Source: Deltaproteobacteria bacterium | GTDB taxonomy: Bacteria > Desulfobacterota > Binatia > UBA1149 > SPBQ01 | Direction of reading: 5' to 3' | Assembly: GCA_029262375.1 (NCBI GenBank) | Contig: JAJCZM010000044.1 | Span: 41,833 to 105,832 of the forward strand | Length of the DNA stretch: 64,000 nt | Part shown: positions 41,203 to 50,240 of the stretch, piece after piece | Layout of the letters: each line of letters starts with the position of its first letter | Numbering within the stretch: the first letter of the stretch is position 1 | Program-made: the position numbers and the translations under genes | Notes under the pieces: model-generated | What the model saw: the letters and a program-made list of their open reading frames with translations, nothing else | Told to the model about the DNA's origin: nothing | Databases searched by the model: none

Positions 41203-42000
41203 TTAGCCGGCGCAGCGCTCGACTCGCACTTGCGCGCCGGGCGCTGCTCGACCGCTTAGATGGTTCCCAGCCGACCCCCCAACGAGCGCGACTTCGAGTC
41301 GATCGTTACTACCGATGAGCGCGATCAGTACCCCGACGGCAGCGTCGGCATAGGTTCGGCGGAGCGGCCCGATATCAGTCTCGGCAATCGTAACAGCGAC
41401 GGTTCCACCCAACGCGCCGATATCGTCGCGAGACAGATTCGTCACCAGGTTCCCGAAGTGGTCCGCGTACATCACCTCACCGACAAGCCCCGTCTGCGTG
41501 ACTTGCGGCTTCGGTAGGTCGACTGCAACGAGAGAGTCCAGTGGGACTCGTGATCCGAGTTCTGCCGGCGTCGCGCCCGCGGCAATGCGGCCGGCAATCG
41601 GCGCGAACACATCACGCCCATGAAACGTCGCACTAACGTCGCCCGCAAAGTGTTCCGAACGGTCTAGGACGTAGGCATTCGCTTCGGGAGTGCGCGCAAG
41701 CATCAACAACCCGTTGTCAGGTCCTACAAGAACATAGTCGGCGCAGTCGATCACGAGCGCGTTTCGCGCCGACCCCACCCCCGGATCAACCACCGCGACA
41801 TGGATCGTGCCGACCGGGAAGTGTCCGACGGCGGCGGCCAGCGCGAGAGCGCCCCGCGTGACCTGGCCTGGTTCGATCTCGTGGGTGATGTCGACGAGGG
41901 TCGCATCGCGGCAGCGGGTAAGTACCGCTCCCTTCATCGCGCCGACGTACTCGTCGCGGGTGGAGAAATCCGTAAGGAACGTAACGATCGGGCGTGACAC
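41203..42000 (-). CDS. SAM hydroxide adenosyltransferase / chlorinase-fluorinase family (DUF62)
   Basis: LTDF, DITH, VVDPGVG, GPDNG, TFHGRDVFAP, DHFGNLVTN. Confidence 0.92.
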   Translation of the reverse strand: MSRPIVTFLTDFSTRDEYVGAMKGAVLTRCRDATLVDITHEIEPGQVTRGALALAAAVGHFPVGTIHVAVVDPGVGSARNALVIDCADYVLVGPDNGLLMLARTPEANAYVLDRSEHFAGDVSATFHGRDVFAPIAGRIAAGATPAELGSRVPLDSLVAVDLPKPQVTQTGLVGEVMYADHFGNLVTNLSRDDIGALGGTVAVTIAETDIGPLRRTYADAAVGVLIALIGSNDRLEVALVGGSAGNHLSGRAAPGAQVRVERCAG

Positions 42001-42016
42001 GACGTTTCGCCGCTGC

Positions 42017-42376
42017 TCAGCTCTGCCCCGGCTTCTTCGGTGTACCGGCCTGCGACTGGATGATTGCGAGATTCTGCTCGACCGCCTGTTTGTCGTCGGC
42101 GGCGAGGCCTTTGATCAGCTCTCCAGTCACGGCGCGCATCATCGCGCCCTCGGCCGCCCCCAGCGCATCGCCTAGCGTGGCTAGCTCCGACATTCCGCGG
42201 GCGAGTGCAAGAATTGCTTCCTCACGCTGCCCCCTATCGCGGGCAGCCATGGCCAAGGTCAGCTGTTCTTTCGCTCGCTCCACACCGGGAACCGCAGCGG
42301 GGCCGAGAACGGTCTTGAGTTCGTCGATACCGCCCACGAAACGCTCGAGGGCCCAGAGTCTTTCGTCTTCAGACAT
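42017..42376 (-). CDS. hypothetical alpha-helical protein
   Basis: 119-aa ORF filling the gap, co-oriented with the DUF62 and htpX genes. Confidence 0.7.
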   Translation of the reverse strand: MSEDERLWALERFVGGIDELKTVLGPAAVPGVERAKEQLTLAMAARDRGQREEAILALARGMSELATLGDALGAAEGAMMRAVTGELIKGLAADDKQAVEQNLAIIQSQAGTPKKPGQS

Positions 42377-42437
42377 GCTGCGCTAGGTTGGGATTCGCCC
42401 ACCGAAACGGCGGGGCCTGGAAGGAAATATAGTCACT

Positions 42438-42722
42438 ATGTTGTTCGTCATTATCGGCCGCGACGGTCCTGATGCAAAAGAACTGCGGCCGAAGATCCGT
42501 CCCGACCATCTCGCCCATCTAGCACCGTACGATGCACAGGGGCGCGTGCGCCTGGCAGGTCCGTTGACCGACGGGACCGGTAGCCTGATCGTCCTGGAAG
42601 CGGCCGACCTCGCTGAAGCGCAAGCGATCGCAGATGCCGATCCGTATCGCCAACGCGGCGTTTTCGCCGAGGTCGACATTCACCCCTTCATGCAGGTCTT
42701 TCCGGCAGTCGATGAGAACTGA
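42438..42722 (+). CDS. yciI: YciI family protein
   Basis: RPDHLAHL, LAGP, GSLIV, ADPY..GVF. Confidence 0.92.
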   Translation: MLFVIIGRDGPDAKELRPKIRPDHLAHLAPYDAQGRVRLAGPLTDGTGSLIVLEAADLAEAQAIADADPYRQRGVFAEVDIHPFMQVFPAVDEN

Positions 42723-42758
42723 CGCGGCGCTGCCCGACTATGCTAGCCTGACACTACG

Positions 42759-44084
42759 ATGACGCTCAACGGTCCAGACGCGAAAGCCTACCAAACACGT
42801 AGAGACGCCCTGCTCGCGCGACTGGAGAATGCGGTTCTGTTCATCGCGGGACCTCCGGAGGCGATCTATGCGAACGACGTGCACTATCGCTACCGTCCCG
42901 ACACGAATATTCGCTACCTGACCGGTTTCGAGGAGCCGTCTTCGCTCCTGCTCGCGAAAGGTACGAGCGACGAGTCCGGAACGACCATGTTCGTGCGCCC
43001 ACGCGACCCTGACGCCGAGACCTGGACGGGAAGGCGCGCTGGAATAGACGGAGCAAAAGCGATCTATGGCGCCGATCACGCCCATGGGATTGACGAAGCG
43101 CTCGTCGTTCTAGAACGGCATCTTCGCCAAGCCGACACTCTATATTTCGCGCACTGTCTCGACCGCTCAATCAACGAACGCGTGATGGAGATCGTTCATC
43201 GCGTCAATCTCGAGCGGCCGCGAACAGGAGCGAGCCACGTCGTCGTCGCCGATGTCCGTGCGCTGCTCGATGAAATGCGCCTGCACAAGGACGCCGGCGA
43301 ACTCGACCTCATGCGTCGCGCATGCGACGTGAGCGCGGCTGCGCATCGTCGCTCCATGCGGTCCGTCGTACCCGGGATGAGCGAATTCGACGTGGAAGCG
43401 ATGCTCGAGCATGATTTCCGCCGCGGGGGATGCAGCGCGCCGGCTTACGGGACGATCGCGGCCTGCGGCGACAACGCCACCGTCCTGCACTACACCCAGA
43501 ACGACCAACCGTTGACCGACGGAGCACTCATACTGATCGATGCCGGTGGCGAGTACGGCGGCTACTGCGCCGACATCACGCGCACCTGGCCGATCGGTCC
43601 CCGCTTCAATGAGAAGCAGGCGGCGCTGTACGACGTCGTCCTGGCGGCACAGCTTGCAGCCATCGACGGCGTTAAGCCCGGCGCGACCATCGACGGACTC
43701 CACGAAATCGCCGTGCGGGTACTGGTCCAGGGGCTCGTCGACCTCGGCCTGCTCACTGGGCCTGTAGCCGCCTGTATCGATTCGACCAGCTATCGCGATT
43801 TCTACATGCACCGGACCAGTCATTGGCTGGGCATGGACGTGCACGATGCCGGTGCTTACCGCGTCAACGGCGAGCCGCGTCGACTAGAGCCCGGGATGGT
43901 ACTCACGGTCGAACCGGGACTGTATGTCGGCCCCGCCGTCAAAGAAGCCAAAGGCTACGAGGGAATAGGAATTCGCATCGAGGACGACGTGGTCGTCACG
44001 AGTACCGGATCCGAGGTGCTGACATCCGGCGCGCCGAAGGAACGTTCAGAGATCGAGGCGCTGCGGGCCGAAGCCCTTTCCTGA
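42759..44084 (+). CDS. pepP: Xaa-Pro aminopeptidase
   Basis: YLTGFEEP, LHY, LIDAG, YCADITRT, HWLGMDVHD, TVEPGLY, GIRIEDD. Confidence 0.95.
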   Translation: MTLNGPDAKAYQTRRDALLARLENAVLFIAGPPEAIYANDVHYRYRPDTNIRYLTGFEEPSSLLLAKGTSDESGTTMFVRPRDPDAETWTGRRAGIDGAKAIYGADHAHGIDEALVVLERHLRQADTLYFAHCLDRSINERVMEIVHRVNLERPRTGASHVVVADVRALLDEMRLHKDAGELDLMRRACDVSAAAHRRSMRSVVPGMSEFDVEAMLEHDFRRGGCSAPAYGTIAACGDNATVLHYTQNDQPLTDGALILIDAGGEYGGYCADITRTWPIGPRFNEKQAALYDVVLAAQLAAIDGVKPGATIDGLHEIAVRVLVQGLVDLGLLTGPVAACIDSTSYRDFYMHRTSHWLGMDVHDAGAYRVNGEPRRLEPGMVLTVEPGLYVGPAVKEAKGYEGIGIRIEDDVVVTSTGSEVLTSGAPKERSEIEALRAEALS

Positions 44085-44097
44085 GTCTCCGGGCTCG

Positions 44098-44382
44098 CTA
44101 TCGCGTTCCGGCGTTACGCTGTAGGTAATCGAGGATTTCCTGCTTCGTTGCGGCAGGCATCGGTCGTTGTCGGCGCGTCATCTCACGGTCCATGCGATCG
44201 ACCACCGTGCGCCACATTCCAGCCGTGAACATCTCCGGTCGATACACGACGTGGCAACTCCCACAGGCCCGCACATAGGTCTTTGCGACCGGCGACTCGG
44301 CTTCGGGAAGAGGCGTAGAAGCACACCCCACGAACGCGGCGATCGCGAGCAGAAGTAAGCAGTGCCTGAAAATCGTCTTCAT
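44098..44382 (-). CDS. small monoheme c-type cytochrome lipoprotein
   Basis: Lipobox FVGC, CGSCH heme motif, W..VV.RM candidate distal Met, ILDYL. Confidence 0.78.
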   Translation of the reverse strand: MKTIFRHCLLLLAIAAFVGCASTPLPEAESPVAKTYVRACGSCHVVYRPEMFTAGMWRTVVDRMDREMTRRQRPMPAATKQEILDYLQRNAGTR

Positions 44383-44399
44383 GTGCTCAGTAAAAATAA

Positions 44400-44888
44400 T
44401 CATAGCTCGCGACGACACCGCGCTTCCTGAAGGGGTGCCTCTGCCACCGAGACTTCGACCGAAGTCACGCCGCGCTCCTTGAGAATACCGAGCGTCTCCA
44501 TGAGTCGACCGCAGACGTATGCCGCGAGTTCTTCTGCCGAACTGTGACGAATGGGGAGCAGCGCGCAGTCGGCCTCGGGAAAGCTGAAACGCGATCCGTC
44601 CTCAGATTGTAGGTCAACCTGTCCATCGCGGCATTCGATCTTCAAACAATCGCTCTGCATCGGCACGATCGTTCGCTCGTTGATCCCTTCGCAAATCTCT
44701 CGCGCGGCCGACTTGATGTCACCGAAATCGACCACGTACCCGTCGTCACCAAGGGCGCCTTCGATTCGTACCGACACGCGGTAGTTGTGACCGTGCAGTC
44801 TCTCGCGAAAACCGGGGTAAGCCATGAAGTGCGCAGCGTTAAACTTGAAATAGTCCTTGCTGACGAAGACTTCGTACTTCTCTGACAT
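44400..44888 (-). CDS. 6-pyruvoyl-tetrahydropterin synthase family, PTPS-III motif (ExxHGH)
   Basis: FNAAHF, ERLHGHNY, VVDFG, SAEELA, VSVAE. Confidence 0.88.
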   Translation of the reverse strand: MSEKYEVFVSKDYFKFNAAHFMAYPGFRERLHGHNYRVSVRIEGALGDDGYVVDFGDIKSAAREICEGINERTIVPMQSDCLKIECRDGQVDLQSEDGSRFSFPEADCALLPIRHSSAEELAAYVCGRLMETLGILKERGVTSVEVSVAEAPLQEARCRREL

Positions 44889-44915
44889 TGTATGCTCGCT
44901 CTCTACGTCGCGACG

Positions 44916-45980
44916 CTAAGCGACCGCGTTCCTGCTTTCTTGCGGCTCGTCGAGTTCGTAGTCGCGCAGGATGAACTCTGAAAAAATACCGAGAACATCG
45001 GTGCAGTTTTTTGCTGCACCGATACGCTGACGAGCTTGCGCGCTTCCCGGCAGTCCCTTCACCATGCGGCAAGCGAACCCGCGGAATCGTCCCTGGAATG
45101 CGCGCTCCGGCAACGCTTCCTCCAAGTACCCCTTGAACCGTCCAAGCGCGTCTACTCGTTCCTGCGGCGTCGGCACGGGAATGGGTAGTCCATCGGCCAG
45201 CGCCTTCACCTGAGCGAAGATCCACGGATTCCCCATCGCTGCGCGCCCGATCATGACTGCATCGGCGCTGCCGCGCTCGAGCCGGTCGATAGCGTCGGCG
45301 GGGTCAACGACGTCCCCGCTGCCTGCTACCGGGATCGAGAGTTCGGAGCGAATTTTTTGCACGAGAGACCAATCCGCTTCACCGCTATAGAGTTGCACCC
45401 GCGTCCTACCGTGCACGGCAAGCATTGCGGCCCCCTCGCCCTCGGCGAGCCGCGCAATCTCCATCGCATTCAGACAATCACCGTCCCAACCGGACCTGAC
45501 TTTCACCGTCATTGGAATACTTACCGCCGCTCGAATTCCGCGAAGAATTTCGCGCAGACGATCCGGCGTTCGCATCAACTGCGCTCCGCCGCCTCGCTTG
45601 ACGACCTTGGGCGCCGGACAACCGCAGTTGATATCCACGATGTCTGCACCGACTTCTTCAACCATGAGTGCTGCACGCACCATTCGATCGACATCGGCGC
45701 CGAATATTTGGATCGAGAAAGGGCGCTCGGATTCTTCGTAGCGCAGCATCTCGATAGTCTTGCGGTTGTCCCGGGTCAGCCCTTCCGCAGCGACAAACTC
45801 GCTGACCAGCAGGCCGACGGCATTCCCGCTACAAGACTTCACCAGTCGGCGAAATGCACAATCGGTCACACCGGACATCGGTGAGAGGATCAAATTCGTA
45901 GACGTACGCACACCGCCAAGATCCAATCGGGCAAGCGGTTTCGAAACGGAATCTTGAAGTTTTAGGGAATCGTCGAGCAC
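44916..45980 (-). CDS. dusB: tRNA-dihydrouridine synthase B
   Basis: LSPMSGVTD, QIFG, DINCGCP, VKVRSGW, VHGRT, VMIGR..GNPWIF. Confidence 0.93.
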   Translation of the reverse strand: MLDDSLKLQDSVSKPLARLDLGGVRTSTNLILSPMSGVTDCAFRRLVKSCSGNAVGLLVSEFVAAEGLTRDNRKTIEMLRYEESERPFSIQIFGADVDRMVRAALMVEEVGADIVDINCGCPAPKVVKRGGGAQLMRTPDRLREILRGIRAAVSIPMTVKVRSGWDGDCLNAMEIARLAEGEGAAMLAVHGRTRVQLYSGEADWSLVQKIRSELSIPVAGSGDVVDPADAIDRLERGSADAVMIGRAAMGNPWIFAQVKALADGLPIPVPTPQERVDALGRFKGYLEEALPERAFQGRFRGFACRMVKGLPGSAQARQRIGAAKNCTDVLGIFSEFILRDYELDEPQESRNAVA

Positions 45981-46059
45981 GTTCGAGCGCGACCGGCACC
46001 CGACGGCCGGTCGCGCATGGACATCAGGTTAGTCAGCCCCGAAGTTCCCTGCAACCAAG

Positions 46060-46320
46060 CTACCGATCACGACGACCACCGCCCGGCCTCCCGGGGAAGT
46101 ACGCCTTGCGCGTAACGCCGTACGGCTTTTCTTCGTAGACGAAGGCTTCTTCGACCGGCACCTCGAGCGCTTCGCAGATCTTTAGCGCAGTGCGCACGGT
46201 AGGTACGATGCGCGAGTTCTTCACGCGATTGATATAGCTCTGCGCGAGACCTGTGCGACGGGACAGTTCCATTTCGGTCCAGCCCTTCTCGTACAGGATC
46301 TTCGATATTCTGGTTTTCAT
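46060..46320 (-). CDS. XRE/Cro-family HTH transcriptional regulator
   Basis: ELSRRTGLAQSYINRVKN...PTVRTALKICEALEV; GGAGG upstream of ATG 46320. Confidence 0.9.
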   Translation of the reverse strand: MKTRISKILYEKGWTEMELSRRTGLAQSYINRVKNSRIVPTVRTALKICEALEVPVEEAFVYEEKPYGVTRKAYFPGRPGGGRRDR

Positions 46321-46547
46321 GTGCTGCCCATCCTCCAATCGCGATGCTTTGCTCGAGCTGCGCTGCGATCACTGTATGTGTCGCGAACGAGCCCGTGTCT
46401 CTTGCGTGCGCGTCGTGTGCTACGCGCGCCAGCCGTGCGATGTGATGAGCCAGTGTTAATGGGTCTGCCCTGCTCCGGTCAATTACAGGGGCGCATCCGC
46501 GGCGAATTCGCCGGGCTTTGTTGATAGCGACCTAGATACGAATACAG

Positions 46548-47342
46548 CTATTGCGGCGGCCCGACCTTTTCGAGCCGTTCCACCGTAAACATTTCGGGCT
46601 CCAGATCGGCGTCGTACTCGACCGCATCGAGGACGATGCGTGAACTCGTTCCCAACACGACGTTGCGCATCGAGAGACTGGTCGGCGTTGGATGTCCGTC
46701 GCGCAATTCGACGGCATCAATCGTACCGACCTTGAGAAGAACGTCTTTCCTATCGTAGTACTCAGTGTGAAGCGGCAGCGCGTTCTCTTTGTCGAGCGCC
46801 GACACGATCCTTCCGTATGGGATGAGGGGGTCGTGACTGCGGGTTTCCACACGCACGCAGGGCCGACCGCCCACCGAGGTATCGCCCATCAGAGAATGTT
46901 CACCGGCCTCGACCCGAACTCTCGCCAGATCCGCGTAGTAAAAATCGCTTCCCACGAATGCGTCGCCCGCGCCGTGAATCGCGACCCGGCGAACACGACG
47001 ATAGGCGGGGAGATAAAGCCACTGATCGGCCGGCCCGTTGAGAACATCCCTGCTGAGCAACGTCATGCCGGCGATCGTTTTCGGTTCAGTGATTACGAAC
47101 AGGCGATCCGCCAATTTCTGGTCTCGAGTGGCGCGCACGCTGCGCCCCGTACGCCGCAGTGTTGAACCATCGGATCGAACGATCTCGAGCGTGAACTTCG
47201 CATCCATGTTCGCTGCCGGAAAACGTGCCGCCTGTGAGCGTTCGAGCCACGCGGAGGCATCCAGCGGCTGCGCGTCGACGCGGCCGTGCACCGAGAGCGC
47301 AATCGCGAGAGCGAGTAGAATACAGCGTGTTTTCCGGCGCAT
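46548..47342 (-). CDS. LolA-like outer-membrane lipoprotein-sorting protein
   Basis: Signal peptide; DQWLYLPAYRRVRRV, FVGSDFYYAD, EYYDRKD.LLK, FT...L. Confidence 0.88.
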   Translation of the reverse strand: MRRKTRCILLALAIALSVHGRVDAQPLDASAWLERSQAARFPAANMDAKFTLEIVRSDGSTLRRTGRSVRATRDQKLADRLFVITEPKTIAGMTLLSRDVLNGPADQWLYLPAYRRVRRVAIHGAGDAFVGSDFYYADLARVRVEAGEHSLMGDTSVGGRPCVRVETRSHDPLIPYGRIVSALDKENALPLHTEYYDRKDVLLKVGTIDAVELRDGHPTPTSLSMRNVVLGTSSRIVLDAVEYDADLEPEMFTVERLEKVGPPQ

Positions 47343-47455
47343 GGTGCTTCCAGCGTCGGCCCCGATGGGGCGAGAGTCAAGCGAACGCGAGGACTTCGCT
47401 CTCGGCCGGCCTACCCTCGATCGAGTAGGCCGGCCGCTGAGACAAATACCGCAGA

Positions 47456-49690
47456 CTATGGGCAGCCGCCCACGCCCGGAGTGTACTGAACCAAAGGATT
47501 ACTGTCACAGAAGGTCTTGGAACTCCCCTGGTTAATGATCCTTGCCGGTCCCGGCAATCCCGCGACGGTGTTGATGCCGCCGTTACTTGTGGGTGGAATG
47601 CAGAACGTCGCTGCACCGATCGGTTGCGATGGGTCGGCGACGCCCTGCGCCGTGACGGTATCGAGGAAGCAGGAACGCACCGTCGAGAGCACGCAGAAAC
47701 CAGCGTCGATTCCGATCGTACCCGGTTCGCAATCCACGTTGTTGTTGCAGGCGATGAAGCCGGCACCAGAGGCACGCAGCACGCCATCGCAGAACTTGTC
47801 GGATGGCCCCAGATCGCACTCTCCCTGGTTGCCGCCGAGATCAAGGCAGCCTGCGCCCGAGTTGGAGCACTGATTGGGCAGCGGCGCACCGTTCCCGTTC
47901 GTAACGCAATCGCCGAGCGAGAGCGCCGCACAATCTCCATTGGTGACACACGCTGTGGCCTTCGTCGGATCGCCTGAGCAGATACCGCAGTGGCACTCGT
48001 ACTCAACGAACGGCGGGAAGCCACACACCAGCCCGACGCTGATGGTGTCGGCGGTGCCGGTTGTTTGCGTAATGTCGATTTTCAAGCCGGTGCCCGAGAC
48101 GTTTTTGCCCGAATCAGGGAAGCAGTCGAGGCTGTGGCCGTCGCCGCCCGGTGCGGGGAACGTCAGGTTGACCGCACCTGCATCGCAGGTCTCGCCATTG
48201 TTATTACCCTGCACACAGGTTCCGTCACGCACTCCGTCTTGCGGCGTAATGTCGCCCGTACAGTACGGGCATGGCGTAATCAGGTTGATCCCCAGGAATA
48301 CCTGAGCACGCAGATTGGTACTGATCTTTCCGAGACCCGTATCGACGTTCGCCGTGCCGCTGACATCGGCAGAGAATCGGTTAAGTGCGCATGCCGGCGT
48401 GTTGCCCGCCGACAGCGGCAGCGGAGGTCCGAAGTAGCAGTTGCAGGTCGCACCGCCGCAGTCGTCGGCGTCGGGCTGGAAGGGCTCGTCGCAGATGGTC
48501 CGGTTGTCGCCATCGCAACGGCAGATATCCGTGGAAGGATCGAGTCCCAGCACCGTGCACTGACCACAAACCGGTGCGGGCCCAGGACATAGCAGATTCG
48601 CGCGGGTCACTACGTTGTTGTTCACGTCTGAGTTGTGCGAGATGCCGGTCCAGCCGGTGTCAAGACGCGTAGTCGTCACGCAGCTACCCAGGGTCGGATT
48701 GCAAGTCCCCACAGTGCAGTCGACGTTCGTGGTGCAGGTTTCCTCGGTGACTGCAGCGAGGACCGCGAGTTCTCCGATGCTCGGGCATTGCGGATCCTGA
48801 ACGCCGCCGCCGCCCATCGTCGTAGTCGTGGTAGATCCCGTCGGCATCGACGTGGTAGTGGTCGTGGGGCCGCCGCCCGGCATAAGATTGTAGTAGCTCT
48901 GGAACATCGACTCGCCTGCGTTGTCGCTGGAGTTAAAGACACAGAGCTTCAGGAAGTTGAGCGATATATCGGTGCAAGATTGCACGTTCGATAGGTTCGC
49001 TGAACCGCAGTCTTTACCGATCTTCGTTTCGCCCTTCTGGACGACTTTCGCGATCTTACCTCGCAGGTCGCTCCCGCCGCACAGGATAGTATCCGTGGCC
49101 CCAAGTTCCTCTTCATCGTTCTGGCAGCGTGTACGCTCTTTCAAAACGGTCTTGAGATGTTTGCCGTACTGCTTGCCGATCGTGCCGTGACACTTGCGGT
49201 CGGCTGCGTCTGCGAACGGCGTAAGAGGAGAGCCTTGCTCGTTTCCACTCAGCGAAGCCGCAGTGCCTTCTACGACACACTGGATACAGGTCGCGACGTC
49301 GGTAAAGTCGCCGATGGAGGGTACCGTGGCGCCACAGGGCGATGGGCAGCCGGTATACAGGAGGTCGCTCGGGGTGAGTCCCGCGCACGCTGCAGCCGCC
49401 TGATCGACGAGCTTACCCGCGGCTTTGTCGATCTTCCCCTTCGGGTCCGCGTCGACTTTGTCGTTGCAGTCGACCGATGGCGACAAGGCGCCGGTTGCAC
49501 GCTTCTTGTGACAGGAGGTGAAGGTTTTCGAAGCAGTGGTCGCGAGCTTGAGTCCGTTCTTCGAGAGCGATTCACGACACGACAACTCAGCCGGGCTGAA
49601 TTGAGCTTGCGCAATGCCTGCGTGAGCGAGGAATAAAAATGCGCCGCAGAATAATACTGCGGCTCGAGCAACCTTCACCGATCGGGCCAT
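47456..49690 (-). CDS. secreted cysteine-rich protein, paralog B (unknown family), with Thr-rich linker
   Basis: RBS GGAGG before ATG 49690; signal peptide ending GIAQA; 52 Cys in the mature chain by manual count; collinear with 2870-4912. Confidence 0.9.
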   Translation of the reverse strand: MARSVKVARAAVLFCGAFLFLAHAGIAQAQFSPAELSCRESLSKNGLKLATTASKTFTSCHKKRATGALSPSVDCNDKVDADPKGKIDKAAGKLVDQAAAACAGLTPSDLLYTGCPSPCGATVPSIGDFTDVATCIQCVVEGTAASLSGNEQGSPLTPFADAADRKCHGTIGKQYGKHLKTVLKERTRCQNDEEELGATDTILCGGSDLRGKIAKVVQKGETKIGKDCGSANLSNVQSCTDISLNFLKLCVFNSSDNAGESMFQSYYNLMPGGGPTTTTTSMPTGSTTTTTMGGGGVQDPQCPSIGELAVLAAVTEETCTTNVDCTVGTCNPTLGSCVTTTRLDTGWTGISHNSDVNNNVVTRANLLCPGPAPVCGQCTVLGLDPSTDICRCDGDNRTICDEPFQPDADDCGGATCNCYFGPPLPLSAGNTPACALNRFSADVSGTANVDTGLGKISTNLRAQVFLGINLITPCPYCTGDITPQDGVRDGTCVQGNNNGETCDAGAVNLTFPAPGGDGHSLDCFPDSGKNVSGTGLKIDITQTTGTADTISVGLVCGFPPFVEYECHCGICSGDPTKATACVTNGDCAALSLGDCVTNGNGAPLPNQCSNSGAGCLDLGGNQGECDLGPSDKFCDGVLRASGAGFIACNNNVDCEPGTIGIDAGFCVLSTVRSCFLDTVTAQGVADPSQPIGAATFCIPPTSNGGINTVAGLPGPARIINQGSSKTFCDSNPLVQYTPGVGGCP

Positions 49691-49767
49691 GCCGTCGTGC
49701 CTCCGTGTCGTACCCCTCAATAGAATCCCCCTGGTCCGGGGGGCAGACTGGGGTCCAAAACCACCCT

Positions 49768-49797
49768 ATTGTGGGGTGGGTGGCAGGAGTTTGGCAA
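49768..49797 (-). promoter_or_regulatory. candidate sigma70 promoter for Cys-rich paralog B
   Basis: Minus strand TTGCCA, 18-nt spacer, CACAAT. Confidence 0.35.
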
Positions 49798-49897
49798 GGG
49801 CTCTTCTGCAGCAAGTGCAGCTCAACTCGGCAGTTTAGCGGTCATGGCGGCGTGCCCCGGTCGCTGGTATGAGAGACTGCGCTCGGCGCCCGCGACC

Positions 49898-50134
49898 ATG
49901 GACCTAGAGAATCCGACAGAAGAAGTTTTGGATCTACGCGGCGTAGCGTGCCCTCTGAACTGGGCCAGAGCGAAGGCACGGCTCGAGGAGATGGACAGAG
50001 GTGCCCGTCTGGTGCTCCTCGCCGACGATCCACGCGCGCAACGCGACATCCCCGGAGCCGCCGAAGCGGAAGGCTGGGCCGTACTTGGCGTAACCAGCGT
50101 GGGCGGCGCGACCCGTATCGAAATCGAGCGCTGA
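49898..50134 (+). CDS. TusA/SirA-family sulfurtransferase
   Basis: LDLRGVACPL, LADDP..DIP motifs; ATG at 49898. Confidence 0.88.
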   Translation: MDLENPTEEVLDLRGVACPLNWARAKARLEEMDRGARLVLLADDPRAQRDIPGAAEAEGWAVLGVTSVGGATRIEIER

Positions 50135-50170
50135 GCGGCGCCCGTCCGCCGGGTGTGACGTGGGCCACAT

Positions 50171-50198
50171 AAAGAAAGGGCCCCCGAAGGGGCCCTTT
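50171..50198 (-). terminator. Rho-independent (probably bidirectional) terminator after the porin gene
   Basis: AAAGGGCCCC-TTCG-GGGGCCCTTT followed by CTTT on the minus strand. Confidence 0.85.
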
Positions 50199-50240
50199 CC
50201 AAATCCACGACGCTGGTTGCGCCGCAATTCCTTGTTGCTT

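Noticed and set aside
41203-42000. fluorinase/chlorinase natural-product gene
   Set aside because: Housekeeping context and standard DUF62 motifs indicate SAM hydroxide adenosyltransferase; no biosynthetic cluster nearby.
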